Shown: positions 40,746 to 50,553 of the stretch, piece by piece
Numbering within the stretch: position 1 is the first letter of the stretch
How the letters are laid out: each line of letters begins with the position of its first letter
Source of the DNA: a virus
Taxonomy: Duplodnaviria; Caudoviricetes
IMG/VR virus record: IMGVR_UViG_3300014205_000175
Coordinates: 96,001-160,000 of that record
Length of the DNA: 64,000 nucleotides
Reading direction: 5' to 3' (one strand)
Made by a program: the position numbers and the translations under genes
Notes under the pieces: model-generated
Told to the model about the DNA's origin: nothing
Databases searched by the model: none
Seen by the model: the letters and a program-made list of their open reading frames with translations, nothing else

Positions 40746-41183
40746 ATGATCATGGACAAAAAAGCTCTGGAGAAAATCGGTGGACGCAAGTTCGCTCTAG
40801 TACTACTGGTGTTTGTACTTAGCACTGCGCTGATCGTACTTACTAAGCTCGACAAAGAAACCTACCTCTCGCTCGTGCAGCTCATCATCCTCGCCTATCC
40901 TGCCGGCAATATCGCGCAACGTTTGCTAGTATCTAAGGACGATGCCGGTGTTTATCTGGAAGACGAGTTGGGGGTAGCGGGTGGACGTAAGTTCGGTTTG
41001 GTAGTGCTGATCTACGTCACGATTGCAGTACTACTGTATTTCAATCTACTCGATCCCGAGATCTACGTGACACTCACCCAATGGCTCGTAGCTACCTATA
41101 TCAGTGGCAACGTAGCGAGTAAGCTTGCCGCTGATGGATTTAACATTAGTATCGGTAGAAGTAAAACCGAAGCACCTGCCTGA
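40746..41183 (+). CDS. four-helix membrane protein with an internal duplication (holin-like)
   Basis: Two copies of GGRKF(A/G)LVxL...Y..L.Q....Y..GN(I/V)A. Confidence 0.6.
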   Translation: MIMDKKALEKIGGRKFALVLLVFVLSTALIVLTKLDKETYLSLVQLIILAYPAGNIAQRLLVSKDDAGVYLEDELGVAGGRKFGLVVLIYVTIAVLLYFNLLDPEIYVTLTQWLVATYISGNVASKLAADGFNISIGRSKTEAPA

Positions 41184-41278
41184 TCATACCCTCCCGCTAG
41201 TCCTACCTGTAGTGGGAGGAGGTTTTAACTCATTCTTACCGTACTAGCGTAAAGCATTTTTGGATTTTAGCATAGTTA

Positions 41279-41293
41279 CATATATAGTACATG
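41279..41293 (+). promoter_or_regulatory. putative early promoter
   Basis: AGTTACATATATAGTACATG. Confidence 0.7.
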
Positions 41294-41341
41294 GCATCGT
41301 CACCTGTTGTTTTAACCACCTAGTAACAAGGAGCTTCCATC

Positions 41342-41557
41342 ATGGTCAGTAAGTTTAACGAACCAGAGCGCCGTGTGTACCTGCGTTATCTGCTCAATCG
41401 CCATCGCGACCAAGTCATTGTCACGCTCAAAGACGGTGCTTCAATCAGCGGTCAAGTGCTGATGTTCAGCCAAGGCATTGCCGTGATTAAGAAGTCGAGT
41501 CACGAGCTGGCGCAAGAAGTCGATTTCGACGACATCACCAACATCGAACTGGTTTGA
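41342..41557 (+). CDS. candidate Sm/LSm/Hfq-fold protein
   Basis: N-helix then VIVTLKDGASISGQVLMF (Sm1-like) and VDFDDITNIE (Sm2-like); 71 aa. Confidence 0.5.
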   Translation: MVSKFNEPERRVYLRYLLNRHRDQVIVTLKDGASISGQVLMFSQGIAVIKKSSHELAQEVDFDDITNIELV

Positions 41558-41580
41558 CCGCTAATTCACTAGGAGATATC

Positions 41581-41757
41581 GTGCAGCTTTTTCAACTGCG
41601 TGGCATTGACAAGAAAACCCATGTGACGCATGACATCTATGTCATCGCTCCCGATCAAGAGAACGCCATTGCGCGAGCGAGTAAATTTGCTACCGAACTC
41701 ATGTACATCGAAGCGCGTAGACTTGACGCGCAGTGGGACCGTTTTCATTGCAACTAA
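41581..41757 (+). CDS. small hypothetical protein
   Basis: GTG start after AGGAG. Confidence 0.55.
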   Translation: MQLFQLRGIDKKTHVTHDIYVIAPDQENAIARASKFATELMYIEARRLDAQWDRFHCN

Positions 41758-41773
41758 TCTGAGGAGTGTTAAA

Positions 41774-42139
41774 ATGTTTAAAGAACACGAATTCAAAACC
41801 CTGTGCGACGAGGCTCTCCAAGGAGCGCGGGCGCTTTTTCAAAAACGCTTCACGGAGAACGTCGGCGAGCTAATTACCAGCCGGCTCAAACAGCTCTTCG
41901 CCAGTAAGCGTGTCCGTAATCAGTTTCCCGAATATTACGGTAAGTGCGATGACTCTGGTTACGTTTACGATGAGATCGACAAGATGGTCACCGACAAAGT
42001 GTTCAGTGAGGACAATCAGGTCAAAATCAACGCCATCATCCAGCGCGAGTGGGATCAAATGCTGGAAAAAGCAACGCTCGAAGCGATGCAACATCATGCC
42101 CGCTCAATAGCTTTTAACCGAGTCAAAGAAACGAAGTAA
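41774..42139 (+). CDS. hypothetical protein
   Basis: Start MFKEHE after GAGGAG. Confidence 0.6.
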   Translation: MFKEHEFKTLCDEALQGARALFQKRFTENVGELITSRLKQLFASKRVRNQFPEYYGKCDDSGYVYDEIDKMVTDKVFSEDNQVKINAIIQREWDQMLEKATLEAMQHHARSIAFNRVKETK

Positions 42140-42193
42140 CCTCAAAGACTGCCACTACCGGTAGTTTTCTAACTCGCCCAAGGAGCTTCCAGC

Positions 42194-42715
42194 ATGAAAC
42201 ACAAGATCCAAGCGCTCTACTCGTATATCTCGAAATTGCCCTCCGACAAAGCACGCGACATCGTACTCGATGAAGTCGAAATCTTGTTCAGCGAGCCTGA
42301 GCGGGACAATACGGACTCTTTCCGAGTTACGGTCTTTAATCGCACGACGAAATCCAAAATCGTGAGTTTTCACATCAACAGCTACGGAGGGGTTTATCAA
42401 AGCGACGACATCGATGTGACGCAGTACATCGAAGGCATGCTCCAGGAGACTGGACTGGCTCATGAATTTCCATGCGCGATCTCGGTCAAAGAGCTTGACC
42501 AGTATCCGGAGAACTGCAACCCTTTTCTTCACGATTTGTTTTCGATGGGGGCGGACATTTCCGGTGGATGGATGGCAATGCATTCCAATCATTTCGGCAA
42601 TGATCTTAATGGTCGGCCACATCCCGAACCGCAAACTATCGTGCTGGTAAACGTGCGCACGGGCCGTAGGTTCGAACTGGATATGACCGAAGCCAACAAA
42701 CCGGTAGTTTTCTAA
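42194..42715 (+). CDS. hypothetical protein flanked by 16-bp direct repeats
   Basis: AAGGAGCTTCCAGCATG start; ACCGGTAGTTTTCTAA at 42157-42172 and 42700-42715. Confidence 0.7.
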   Translation: MKHKIQALYSYISKLPSDKARDIVLDEVEILFSEPERDNTDSFRVTVFNRTTKSKIVSFHINSYGGVYQSDDIDVTQYIEGMLQETGLAHEFPCAISVKELDQYPENCNPFLHDLFSMGADISGGWMAMHSNHFGNDLNGRPHPEPQTIVLVNVRTGRRFELDMTEANKPVVF

Positions 42716-42738
42716 TCCCCTCATAAGGAACTTCCATC

Positions 42739-43257
42739 ATGCGCCAAAAACAACCACAGCACACCGATGATCTGTTCGATGGTCCCATGACGCTGTCTCG
42801 CTTCGAAGACATTTTGTGGGGTCACGAATGGTCCTTCATGGCCGAGAGTTTCCACGAACTCTTCCAGCGCCAGCAACGTGAGCAAGAACTCTTCCGCTTG
42901 GCGCGTCATAACGGCGTTAGTTACATGCGCGCCTATGCGCACGCGCAAGGAGCGACGATCTGTCGCATCAAACAAGAAGCGCAAGATATCAGCCACAAGC
43001 ATCTCAACGAATACTGGTCAAAGCGCCTTCAGACGGCAGAAGACACAGGAGACGCTGAGTTCGATGAGTTCCGGCGCTGGGTACGCAATCACGACTGGTA
43101 CTACGACTACTCAGACGACATCAACGTGTGGCGCTCTGGTCGCCAGCAAGCCGAGAAGATCCAAGCGGCGATCAAAAAGCATGGTGGCAAGTACCAGGAT
43201 TTCTACCGCTACATTTGTCAGCAACGCGAGAAAGTCGCAGCCGGCACACCGCTGTAA
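42739..43257 (+). CDS. hypothetical protein, paralogue of 43440-43922
   Basis: Shared HEWSFM, TAEDTGDxEFDEFR, H(D/N)WxYxxSD, GGKYxDxYxYI. Confidence 0.75.
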   Translation: MRQKQPQHTDDLFDGPMTLSRFEDILWGHEWSFMAESFHELFQRQQREQELFRLARHNGVSYMRAYAHAQGATICRIKQEAQDISHKHLNEYWSKRLQTAEDTGDAEFDEFRRWVRNHDWYYDYSDDINVWRSGRQQAEKIQAAIKKHGGKYQDFYRYICQQREKVAAGTPL

Positions 43258-43439
43258 ACATACCCCTAGACCCCTCCGTGCGGAGGGGTTTTTCTTTACC
43301 CAGCGCTTCTCCCCGTCCTTTCCGTAACAGGAGAGGACGGGGATTCTTTTTTTAAAATAAAAACTAACCCACTCATATAACGTGAGGGTAGTCGCTAATT
43401 AAATGTTTTTTATTAACCCTCCGGCCGGGAAATATATCT

Positions 43440-43922
43440 ATGAACAATATCGCTTTCTCTTCTGATCCTCGCGTAGCACTTAAACAATACACTGACGTCA
43501 TGCATCGCCATGAGTGGTCTTTTATGACTACCGAGCCTAATGAAGTAGGTCGTCGTCATACCAAAGAACAAAGCCTACTGCTGGCAGCGCATCGTCACGG
43601 ACCGAAGTTCATGGCGATCTATGTGCGCTGGCAACAGTACGCGATCGGTCAGATCAAGGCTGAAGCCGAACGTCGTGCCCAGCGCGTAGCGACAGTGCAC
43701 TGGGAAGAACAGGTGCGTACCGCTGAAGACACCGGCGACTTGGAGTTCGACGAGTTTCGTAAACTCGTACGCAGTCACAACTGGAGCTACGCGAATTCCG
43801 ACAATCATCAAGAACGAATTCGAGGTAAGAAATCACACACTCTTCTTCAGATGATCATCGCTAAACAAGGAGGCAAATATCTCGACTACTACAACTACAT
43901 CGCTGATCAACACCAATATTAA
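43440..43922 (+). CDS. hypothetical protein, paralogue of 42739-43257
   Basis: Same motifs as 42739-43257. Confidence 0.75.
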   Translation: MNNIAFSSDPRVALKQYTDVMHRHEWSFMTTEPNEVGRRHTKEQSLLLAAHRHGPKFMAIYVRWQQYAIGQIKAEAERRAQRVATVHWEEQVRTAEDTGDLEFDEFRKLVRSHNWSYANSDNHQERIRGKKSHTLLQMIIAKQGGKYLDYYNYIADQHQY

Positions 43923-43946
43923 ATATGGTTACCAGAAGGGTTAATC

Positions 43947-44249
43947 ATGCGCTCTCAGAACCGTATTCGTAAACTCATCACTGTGATTGAATGGGTTATG
44001 GAGCGGGTCGATCTAACTCGCTTCAAGCTCAGAATCTATCGCAACGAGTCACACAATACTACCCGTATCGAAGTGTGGAGTCTATCTGAGCGCGCTATTT
44101 ACATGGAGTGGATGGTGGAGTGGTACGGTACATTTGACGAACATATCGAGCTAGACGATCGACTGTGTCGGCCTGAGCTTTTGTTTGACGAGCAAAAAAA
44201 TACAAGCTTGCCTAATAAAATAGCAGAGACATCATTCGACAGAGTGTAA
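43947..44249 (+). CDS. hypothetical protein
   Basis: 100-aa ORF, operonic. Confidence 0.55.
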   Translation: MRSQNRIRKLITVIEWVMERVDLTRFKLRIYRNESHNTTRIEVWSLSERAIYMEWMVEWYGTFDEHIELDDRLCRPELLFDEQKNTSLPNKIAETSFDRV

Positions 44250-44352
44250 AACCTCTAAGATGCATAGTAGCGTTCATCTAAGAAACATGCCGATAGTGAG
44301 GGTAGGTTTCCTCTCTTAAGACATGTTTCTTTTTTTCTAAGGAAAAGGACCG

Positions 44353-44748
44353 ATGATACATGTTAGGGCTATGATCCGAGGCATCAATTACAATACCGAG
44401 ATATCAAATCTAATCCATGCCGTCGACGGTAGTGTTAATCAAGAGCTATACTACACTATCACTAAGAGATTTTTTCTCGTGCAGCGTGATGAATATTCGA
44501 GCAGCTCTGATACCATTGTTCCTTTGACTGAAATAGAAGCACACGAGTGGTTGTTTAAACATGCACGATGCAAGCTAGCTGAGCTGCTACGCTCTAGTCG
44601 TGGCACTTCGGGTACTACGATGCGCATGAAAAAAGAATACAAAGACGCGCTGCAACTGATGGCGCTGCTAGAGCAAACCTCAATGAACGCTTTTTGTACA
44701 CGAATATTGAATAAAGCGGCTGAAGAGTTCATTCAAAGCTTAAAATGA
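44353..44748 (+). CDS. protein with a C-terminal ribbon-helix-helix-like DNA-binding domain
   Basis: TTMRMKKEYKDALQLMALLEQTSMNAFCTRIL. Confidence 0.55.
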   Translation: MIHVRAMIRGINYNTEISNLIHAVDGSVNQELYYTITKRFFLVQRDEYSSSSDTIVPLTEIEAHEWLFKHARCKLAELLRSSRGTSGTTMRMKKEYKDALQLMALLEQTSMNAFCTRILNKAAEEFIQSLK

Positions 44749-44832
44749 ATCAGGTGCAGAGAGCTGCGGCTCTCTGCACACTTTTTCTGCTAACGTCCAA
44801 TATAGTGGTCAATACTAACACGGATTAACAAC

Positions 44833-45366
44833 ATGAATACCGAATATGCAACGTATCAAAATGGCCTTAAGTTCCGTCACCGAGTAGAGACTTACGCGAT
44901 GCAAGGTTCGTCCATTTTGGCGATCTCTAAAGGAGCGCGCAGTCTACCTGAGATGCCCGGTGGTGGACTCGATGCAGGTGAGAGCATCGAAGTCGCCGGT
45001 CTCAGAGAGCTGATGGAAGAAGCTGGCTGGGCGGGTACTAATCCACGACAGGTAGAAATGGATGGGTCGTGGGTGTGTGATGTGACCAACGATCTGTGGT
45101 TAGCCGAAGCGGGCTGGTCCCGTGAGGTGCAGTATGCCGTAGCGTGCGAAGTGACTGGTTTCGCACCGACGGCACAGTACGGTTCAGAGAACGACCACCT
45201 TACGTTCACGCTATTGCCGGCGGAAAAAGTATTCGATGAGACGCATGCGTTTTTGTTCCATACCGCTAATACCCCGCGTAAAATCTTGCAAGCACAATTC
45301 CGACTTCGCGTGTTAGAGATTTTGTTTCCGGAGCTGGTACGTCCGCACGTTTTTAAACAATGGTGA
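44833..45366 (+). CDS. NUDIX hydrolase
   Basis: PGGGLDAGESIEVAGLRELMEEAG Nudix box. Confidence 0.9.
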   Translation: MNTEYATYQNGLKFRHRVETYAMQGSSILAISKGARSLPEMPGGGLDAGESIEVAGLRELMEEAGWAGTNPRQVEMDGSWVCDVTNDLWLAEAGWSREVQYAVACEVTGFAPTAQYGSENDHLTFTLLPAEKVFDETHAFLFHTANTPRKILQAQFRLRVLEILFPELVRPHVFKQW

Positions 45367-45379
45367 ATTAAAAAATAAA

Positions 45380-45799
45380 ATGCCTCAAGAAGAAATCATA
45401 AGACCTGAGGGTGGTGAAAGTGATTTTGCCAATGCCGTGACCGGACATATCGTGGCTGGTACTGATGTCATCGCTCGTGGCATGTATCGACAAAAATACT
45501 ACGTCGTCACGCGCGACGGTAAAGTAGTGTTCAAACCGAAGATCGCGACTTATGTTTTCGACATCTATAACCTCCTCATTCCAGCTGAGGTCGTAGAAGT
45601 GTCGGTGTGGAACAAACACCTGCTCGATCGTAAGGGTTCAATCAGACTGAGTGTTAATCACAAACTAAAACTCATTCGTGATTTTACCCTCAGCGCGGCA
45701 GCCGGTAAAATCGATCTGATGGCCGGCACTGAGTTACAGTTAAAAAACATCGCGTTTGCTGCACGTATTTTTTCGTTGGCAGTGTTCTTGCCTGATTGA
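45380..45799 (+). CDS. hypothetical protein
   Basis: 139-aa ORF. Confidence 0.55.
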   Translation: MPQEEIIRPEGGESDFANAVTGHIVAGTDVIARGMYRQKYYVVTRDGKVVFKPKIATYVFDIYNLLIPAEVVEVSVWNKHLLDRKGSIRLSVNHKLKLIRDFTLSAAAGKIDLMAGTELQLKNIAFAARIFSLAVFLPD

Positions 45800-46028
45800 G
45801 TCTTTGCTGCATCATACCTGATACAGCTATAGCTACATATTTAGTACTTGAGAAGGGTAGCAGTTTTTAGACACGACATCTTCTCCGAGCTCATAGGCTT
45901 GGAGAAGATGTTAAAAATCACGAGAGGAGTGTCATATAGTATATAGCGTGTAATTTTTAGGTTCATGAGTTATCGGATGGCTGTAGGTACGAATCAGCCC
46001 TTTAATACTAACAAAGCAAGGAGATGAA

Positions 46029-48071
46029 ATGCATCTAGCGAGAGATCTATTAAAATATACCACCGAACAACTATGGGCTAATCTAACTCCGGGAAGATGT
46101 CGCGTGACTTTCGACGATGGCGAAATCATCGAGACCAATGATCGGGAGATTTTGTTCTCGTCGTACTGCTGGGAGTTTCATCGCCAGTACCCCGATACCC
46201 CGCTGCTCAAAAAGCATCACTTGCAGGAGGTGTTGCGCGGCAGGTCGTTCAACGATAGCTCTCACTATAAGCTACTGGAGATCATTTACTGGGATGTCGC
46301 AGCTGTCTATCACCTGCATACGCCGGCAGCGCGTGATCACATTACACGGCTGGTCTACCAGATCACAAACACTATCTATAACGATCTCACTCATCGCTTA
46401 GAAGAATACGTGGTGTCGCTGGACATTCTGGACTTTTTGGAGGCAGCCGATAGCCCTAATATTAGTGCGGCCTTGGACGCCATGCAACCCAACCCCAAAT
46501 CGATCGAGCATACTTATGAAGTGATCGGTGAGGAGCTAGGTAAGAGCGCTACGCTGGCACATAACGCACTAGCGCTTTTTACGCGCTCTGGGGTAGTCAA
46601 ACAAAGCCAGGTGTTGCAGTGCATCGGTCCGCGTGGTTATGTCACTGAAGTCGATGGCAGTCACATGGAGGTGCCGATTCTACGTAGCTTCACCAAAGGC
46701 ATGCGTAGTTTATATAACATGGCGTTAGAGTCGCGGGCTGCTAGTAAGAGTCTGTATTTCTCCGAGGCACCGCTACAAGACAGCGAATACTTCTCCCGTA
46801 AACTGCAGCTCATGACGATGGCAGTGGAATATCTCGAACGAGGCCCGATTGCGGCTCCGGGGGAAAACACCATGGGCATCGCACTGGGTAACTGCTGCAG
46901 CACTGATTATCTCGTGTGGCGGGTGCGTGGCGAAGAGCGTGTTAACGATGAAGTCATCTACAAAGGCGATTTGGAGTTTCTCGACGGTAAGTACTACGTT
47001 AACGAGACGACGGGATTGCTGGAACGACTCAACCGGTCGGACTATCATCTCGTAGGTAAAACCATCAAGCTGCGTACGGTGCTAGGATGCAAACACCATG
47101 ACAGTCACGGTGTATGTAGTGTGTGCTTCGGTGGGCTAGGGGATAACATCTCGCCTTATGCCAACTTGGGTCATATTTGTAGCGCGATGATGACGCAGCA
47201 GTCTACTCAGTCAGTGCTCTCGACCAAACACTTAATGACTAGTAGCGTTGTGGAAGCCATTATGCTAACCGATCTGGCACGACGTTTCTTCAAAGTCGGT
47301 AGCAAAGGTGATACCTATCTGCTGCTACCCGAGTGGCGTAATAAGCCTTTCAAACTTATCGTTTCGTCACAAGAGGCTTATGGTCTTACCGACATTGCTC
47401 TAGTCGATAACGTAGTAGACATCAACCCATCGCGTATTTCGGCAGTCGAGATCGTTGAAGTGATGGTGGGTACTGATGAAGCCCACGAGCGCCACCCGAT
47501 CATCGTTTCACATCACAGTCGCAAAGCGGTTTTCACCAGTGAGCTACTCCAGCATTTAAAGACTTATCACTGGCAGACCGATGGCACTGGTAACTTCGTT
47601 ATCGATTTTAGCCACTGGGATTATTCGAAACCTATTCTGCGTTTACCGCAAAAGGAGTATAGCTATGCTAAGCACGCTAGCGAGATCTCGCGTATTGTCG
47701 AGTCTCGAGTCAAAGACATCACGATGCGTAGCAAGCCCGATTCACCCAAAGCCACACTGATGGAGCTCTTCGAGTTGGTGAATTCCAAACTGTCGGTCAA
47801 CATCGCATGTTTGGAAGTGATCATTTACACTGTCATGTGTAAGAACACCACTGACGATAACTACGCGCTGGTGCGTAACGCTGAGAATGCTGGGCTGGGA
47901 GTTATTGATCCTATCATCTCTGGACGGTCGTTGTCAGCAGTCTACGCTTATGAGTCGCAGTACAAAGTCATTCTCGACCCGAAGTCGTTCTTCCCGCAAA
48001 ACCGTAACGACCATCTGCTCGACGTATTTATCGCGCCGGCTGAGGTAGTAGCACACTACAAATCCCGTTAA
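46029..48071 (+). CDS. nvRNAP beta' subunit, second part (phiKZ gp74-like)
   Basis: QCIGPRG, PILRSFTKG, bridge-helix-like SEYFSRKL, LRTVLGC...GVCSVCFG Zn site, TQSVLSTKH trigger loop. Confidence 0.9.
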   Translation: MHLARDLLKYTTEQLWANLTPGRCRVTFDDGEIIETNDREILFSSYCWEFHRQYPDTPLLKKHHLQEVLRGRSFNDSSHYKLLEIIYWDVAAVYHLHTPAARDHITRLVYQITNTIYNDLTHRLEEYVVSLDILDFLEAADSPNISAALDAMQPNPKSIEHTYEVIGEELGKSATLAHNALALFTRSGVVKQSQVLQCIGPRGYVTEVDGSHMEVPILRSFTKGMRSLYNMALESRAASKSLYFSEAPLQDSEYFSRKLQLMTMAVEYLERGPIAAPGENTMGIALGNCCSTDYLVWRVRGEERVNDEVIYKGDLEFLDGKYYVNETTGLLERLNRSDYHLVGKTIKLRTVLGCKHHDSHGVCSVCFGGLGDNISPYANLGHICSAMMTQQSTQSVLSTKHLMTSSVVEAIMLTDLARRFFKVGSKGDTYLLLPEWRNKPFKLIVSSQEAYGLTDIALVDNVVDINPSRISAVEIVEVMVGTDEAHERHPIIVSHHSRKAVFTSELLQHLKTYHWQTDGTGNFVIDFSHWDYSKPILRLPQKEYSYAKHASEISRIVESRVKDITMRSKPDSPKATLMELFELVNSKLSVNIACLEVIIYTVMCKNTTDDNYALVRNAENAGLGVIDPIISGRSLSAVYAYESQYKVILDPKSFFPQNRNDHLLDVFIAPAEVVAHYKSR

Positions 48072-48126
48072 CGCATCGAACAGCCGCCGGTATAAGGGCG
48101 GCTGTTTTTCTTTTAGAGGGGGTCTG

Positions 48127-50475
48127 ATGCCGATCCATATCGAAAAATATAGTCACTTCCTAGTCATCAGAAATCCTCCGAACTGGGTCATTCCATACCT
48201 GCACGAGTTTTCTAAGTTGTACACTATGAAGACTTTTGTTAAAACACCAGGAGCTAACACTCTAGCACTACAGCCAGGTAAGGTGTTCGCTTCGCGTTAC
48301 GGCCGAGAGTACAAGCTCCACGCCAACCAGCTCGATCACCTCTTAGCGTTTTTTCGTAAACAAGGGATCGATGGCTCGCATTTTAACGTGACTGCCAATA
48401 CGCCTCCCGAAGGGGTCGATGTCAATATCCCGATTCGCGATGGCTGGGTGTTGAAGGACTACCAAGTCGGAGTGGTCGATTACGTCGCCAGTGATGATGA
48501 CACTGCCACCAAGCTCGTAGCACTGCAAACGGGTAAAGGTAAAATGCAGCCCTTGGATGCTAAGATCAAGATTCCGGGCGGCTGGACGACGATGGGGGAT
48601 GTAAAGGTAGGCGATACAGTCACTGCTAAAGACGGCACGCCTACTCGGGTGATAGGTGTATTCCCTAATGGCGTGCAACCGATCTACCGGGTAACTTTCG
48701 CTGATGGTAGATCTACCGAGTGCGGCGGTGAACATCTATGGCGGGTTTATTACCTCAGCGCTTCACAGCAGTGGGAGTGCCGAGTTGCCGATACACATGA
48801 GGTGACGCGGCTCATCTTAATACCTAATTCACGTGTGTATATTGACCTCATCGATGCCGAGGAAGGTACGGACGCGGATCTTCCGGCAGACCCTTATGTA
48901 AGAGGGGTTACCCTAGGGGAAAACCATGAGGAACCCATACCTGAAATCTACCTAAAGGGATCAAGGTGGCAAAAATTTGCTCTGTTGCAGGGGTTAATGG
49001 ATACGGACGGAGTAGTTCATCGGTCTGATTCGATATCTTACACCACTACTCGTTTAAGGCGTGCTCATGCGGTCGCGGATTTAGTCAGGTCTCTGGGCGG
49101 GTTTGCTGCTGTAGGTATTGGCTCCATTTACCGTTATCGAGACGGTGAGGTTTATTACAAGATAGATATCCGGTACAGAGAACCTAGTGAATTATTTAGG
49201 CTCCCGTGGAAAAAAAGTCAGACTGGTGATTATAACCTCTGCGCTGAGACACTGAAACTTCGCGTAGCTAAGATAGATTACATAGGAGAAAAGGAGGCTC
49301 AATGTATCTCGATCGAACATCCTGAGCATCTGTATGTGACGGACGATTACATCGTTACGCATAATACGTTTTGCTCACTCGCCGCGATCAGTCGTCTGGG
49401 TAAGCGTACTGCGGTAGTGATCCTACCCACCTATATCGAGAAGTGGTGTAGTGACATCAGTAAGATTCTCAACATCGATGCCAAAGACATCATGGTGGTG
49501 CAAGGCTCGTCGCACCTCAAGGGGCTGATCTCGCTGGCTCAAGACGGTGGTTTCTACAGTCCGTTTGTCATCATCTCGTCCCGCACTCTACAGAACTTCA
49601 TCACTGGGTTCGAGTCAGAAGATGGTGAGCAGATCACGGAGGATTACGGTATTCGTCCTGATGAGCTGTGGCCGCTATTGGGTATCGGTACATTATTAAT
49701 CGATGAGACGCACCAGCACATCCATGCGATGTTCAAGATGCTCTTACACAGCCACGTCAAACGTCTCATTGGGCTGACGGCCACGCTGATCTCAGATAAC
49801 TACACCGTGGAGAAGATCCATAAGGTCATGTACCCGGTCGAAACCCGTTACAACAACCTCGAATTCGATCGCTACATCCACGTCTTCGCTATCAGCTACC
49901 CGACTTCTGACATCCGTGCTGCCAAACTGCGTACCAGTGAGTGGGGTTCGAACGTTTATTCGCATAACGCCTACGAACGTTCGATTCTTTCCAAACCTCA
50001 TTTGGCCAGCAACTACCTCAAGATCATCGATTACCTAGTACTCACAGGCTATGTCGAAGAACATATGGCAGGCGACAAGCTTGCGATCTTCGCCTCCAGC
50101 ATCGCGATGTGCGATAAGATCGTAGGCTATCTCAAATACAAATATCCGCAATACGACATCAGGAGGTACTGCGAAGCTGATCCTTACGAGAACGTTATCG
50201 ACGCGGACATCCGTGTCACTACGATCATCTCTAGCGGCACAGCGATCGATATACCCGGCTTACGCACGGTGATTCTTACCAACAGTATCGCTAGCTCGGT
50301 CTCCAACCTACAAGTGTTGGGACGACTGCGTAAGCTACCGGATCGGGAAGTCAAGTTCTACTACTTGTATAACGAACACATCCCTAAACAAGTCGACTAC
50401 CATCGACGCAAGATGGAGCTCATCCGTGACAAATCCGCATCGATCAAAGAGCTGCGTTCTCCGGTGAGTCTGTAA
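48127..50475 (+). CDS. SF2 helicase (phiKZ gp75/UvsW-like) containing an intein
   Basis: LKDYQ Q-motif, TGKGK|T Walker A, IDETH, GLTAT, QVLGRLR. Confidence 0.9.
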   Translation: MPIHIEKYSHFLVIRNPPNWVIPYLHEFSKLYTMKTFVKTPGANTLALQPGKVFASRYGREYKLHANQLDHLLAFFRKQGIDGSHFNVTANTPPEGVDVNIPIRDGWVLKDYQVGVVDYVASDDDTATKLVALQTGKGKMQPLDAKIKIPGGWTTMGDVKVGDTVTAKDGTPTRVIGVFPNGVQPIYRVTFADGRSTECGGEHLWRVYYLSASQQWECRVADTHEVTRLILIPNSRVYIDLIDAEEGTDADLPADPYVRGVTLGENHEEPIPEIYLKGSRWQKFALLQGLMDTDGVVHRSDSISYTTTRLRRAHAVADLVRSLGGFAAVGIGSIYRYRDGEVYYKIDIRYREPSELFRLPWKKSQTGDYNLCAETLKLRVAKIDYIGEKEAQCISIEHPEHLYVTDDYIVTHNTFCSLAAISRLGKRTAVVILPTYIEKWCSDISKILNIDAKDIMVVQGSSHLKGLISLAQDGGFYSPFVIISSRTLQNFITGFESEDGEQITEDYGIRPDELWPLLGIGTLLIDETHQHIHAMFKMLLHSHVKRLIGLTATLISDNYTVEKIHKVMYPVETRYNNLEFDRYIHVFAISYPTSDIRAAKLRTSEWGSNVYSHNAYERSILSKPHLASNYLKIIDYLVLTGYVEEHMAGDKLAIFASSIAMCDKIVGYLKYKYPQYDIRRYCEADPYENVIDADIRVTTIISSGTAIDIPGLRTVILTNSIASSVSNLQVLGRLRKLPDREVKFYYLYNEHIPKQVDYHRRKMELIRDKSASIKELRSPVSL
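48544..49365 (+). mobile_element. class-3-type intein (274 aa) with a reduced LAGLIDADG domain
   Basis: Starts MQPLD (no Cys/Ser1); EHLW, AQCISI and VTHN give the W-C-T triplet; LLQGLMDTDG; Thr+1. Confidence 0.85.
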
Positions 50476-50553
50476 GTAGCATAATATGGACCCACACATC
50501 TCCTCTCCCCCGCTAGCCCGTCAGGACTAGTGAGGGAGAGGAGGTGCATCATA

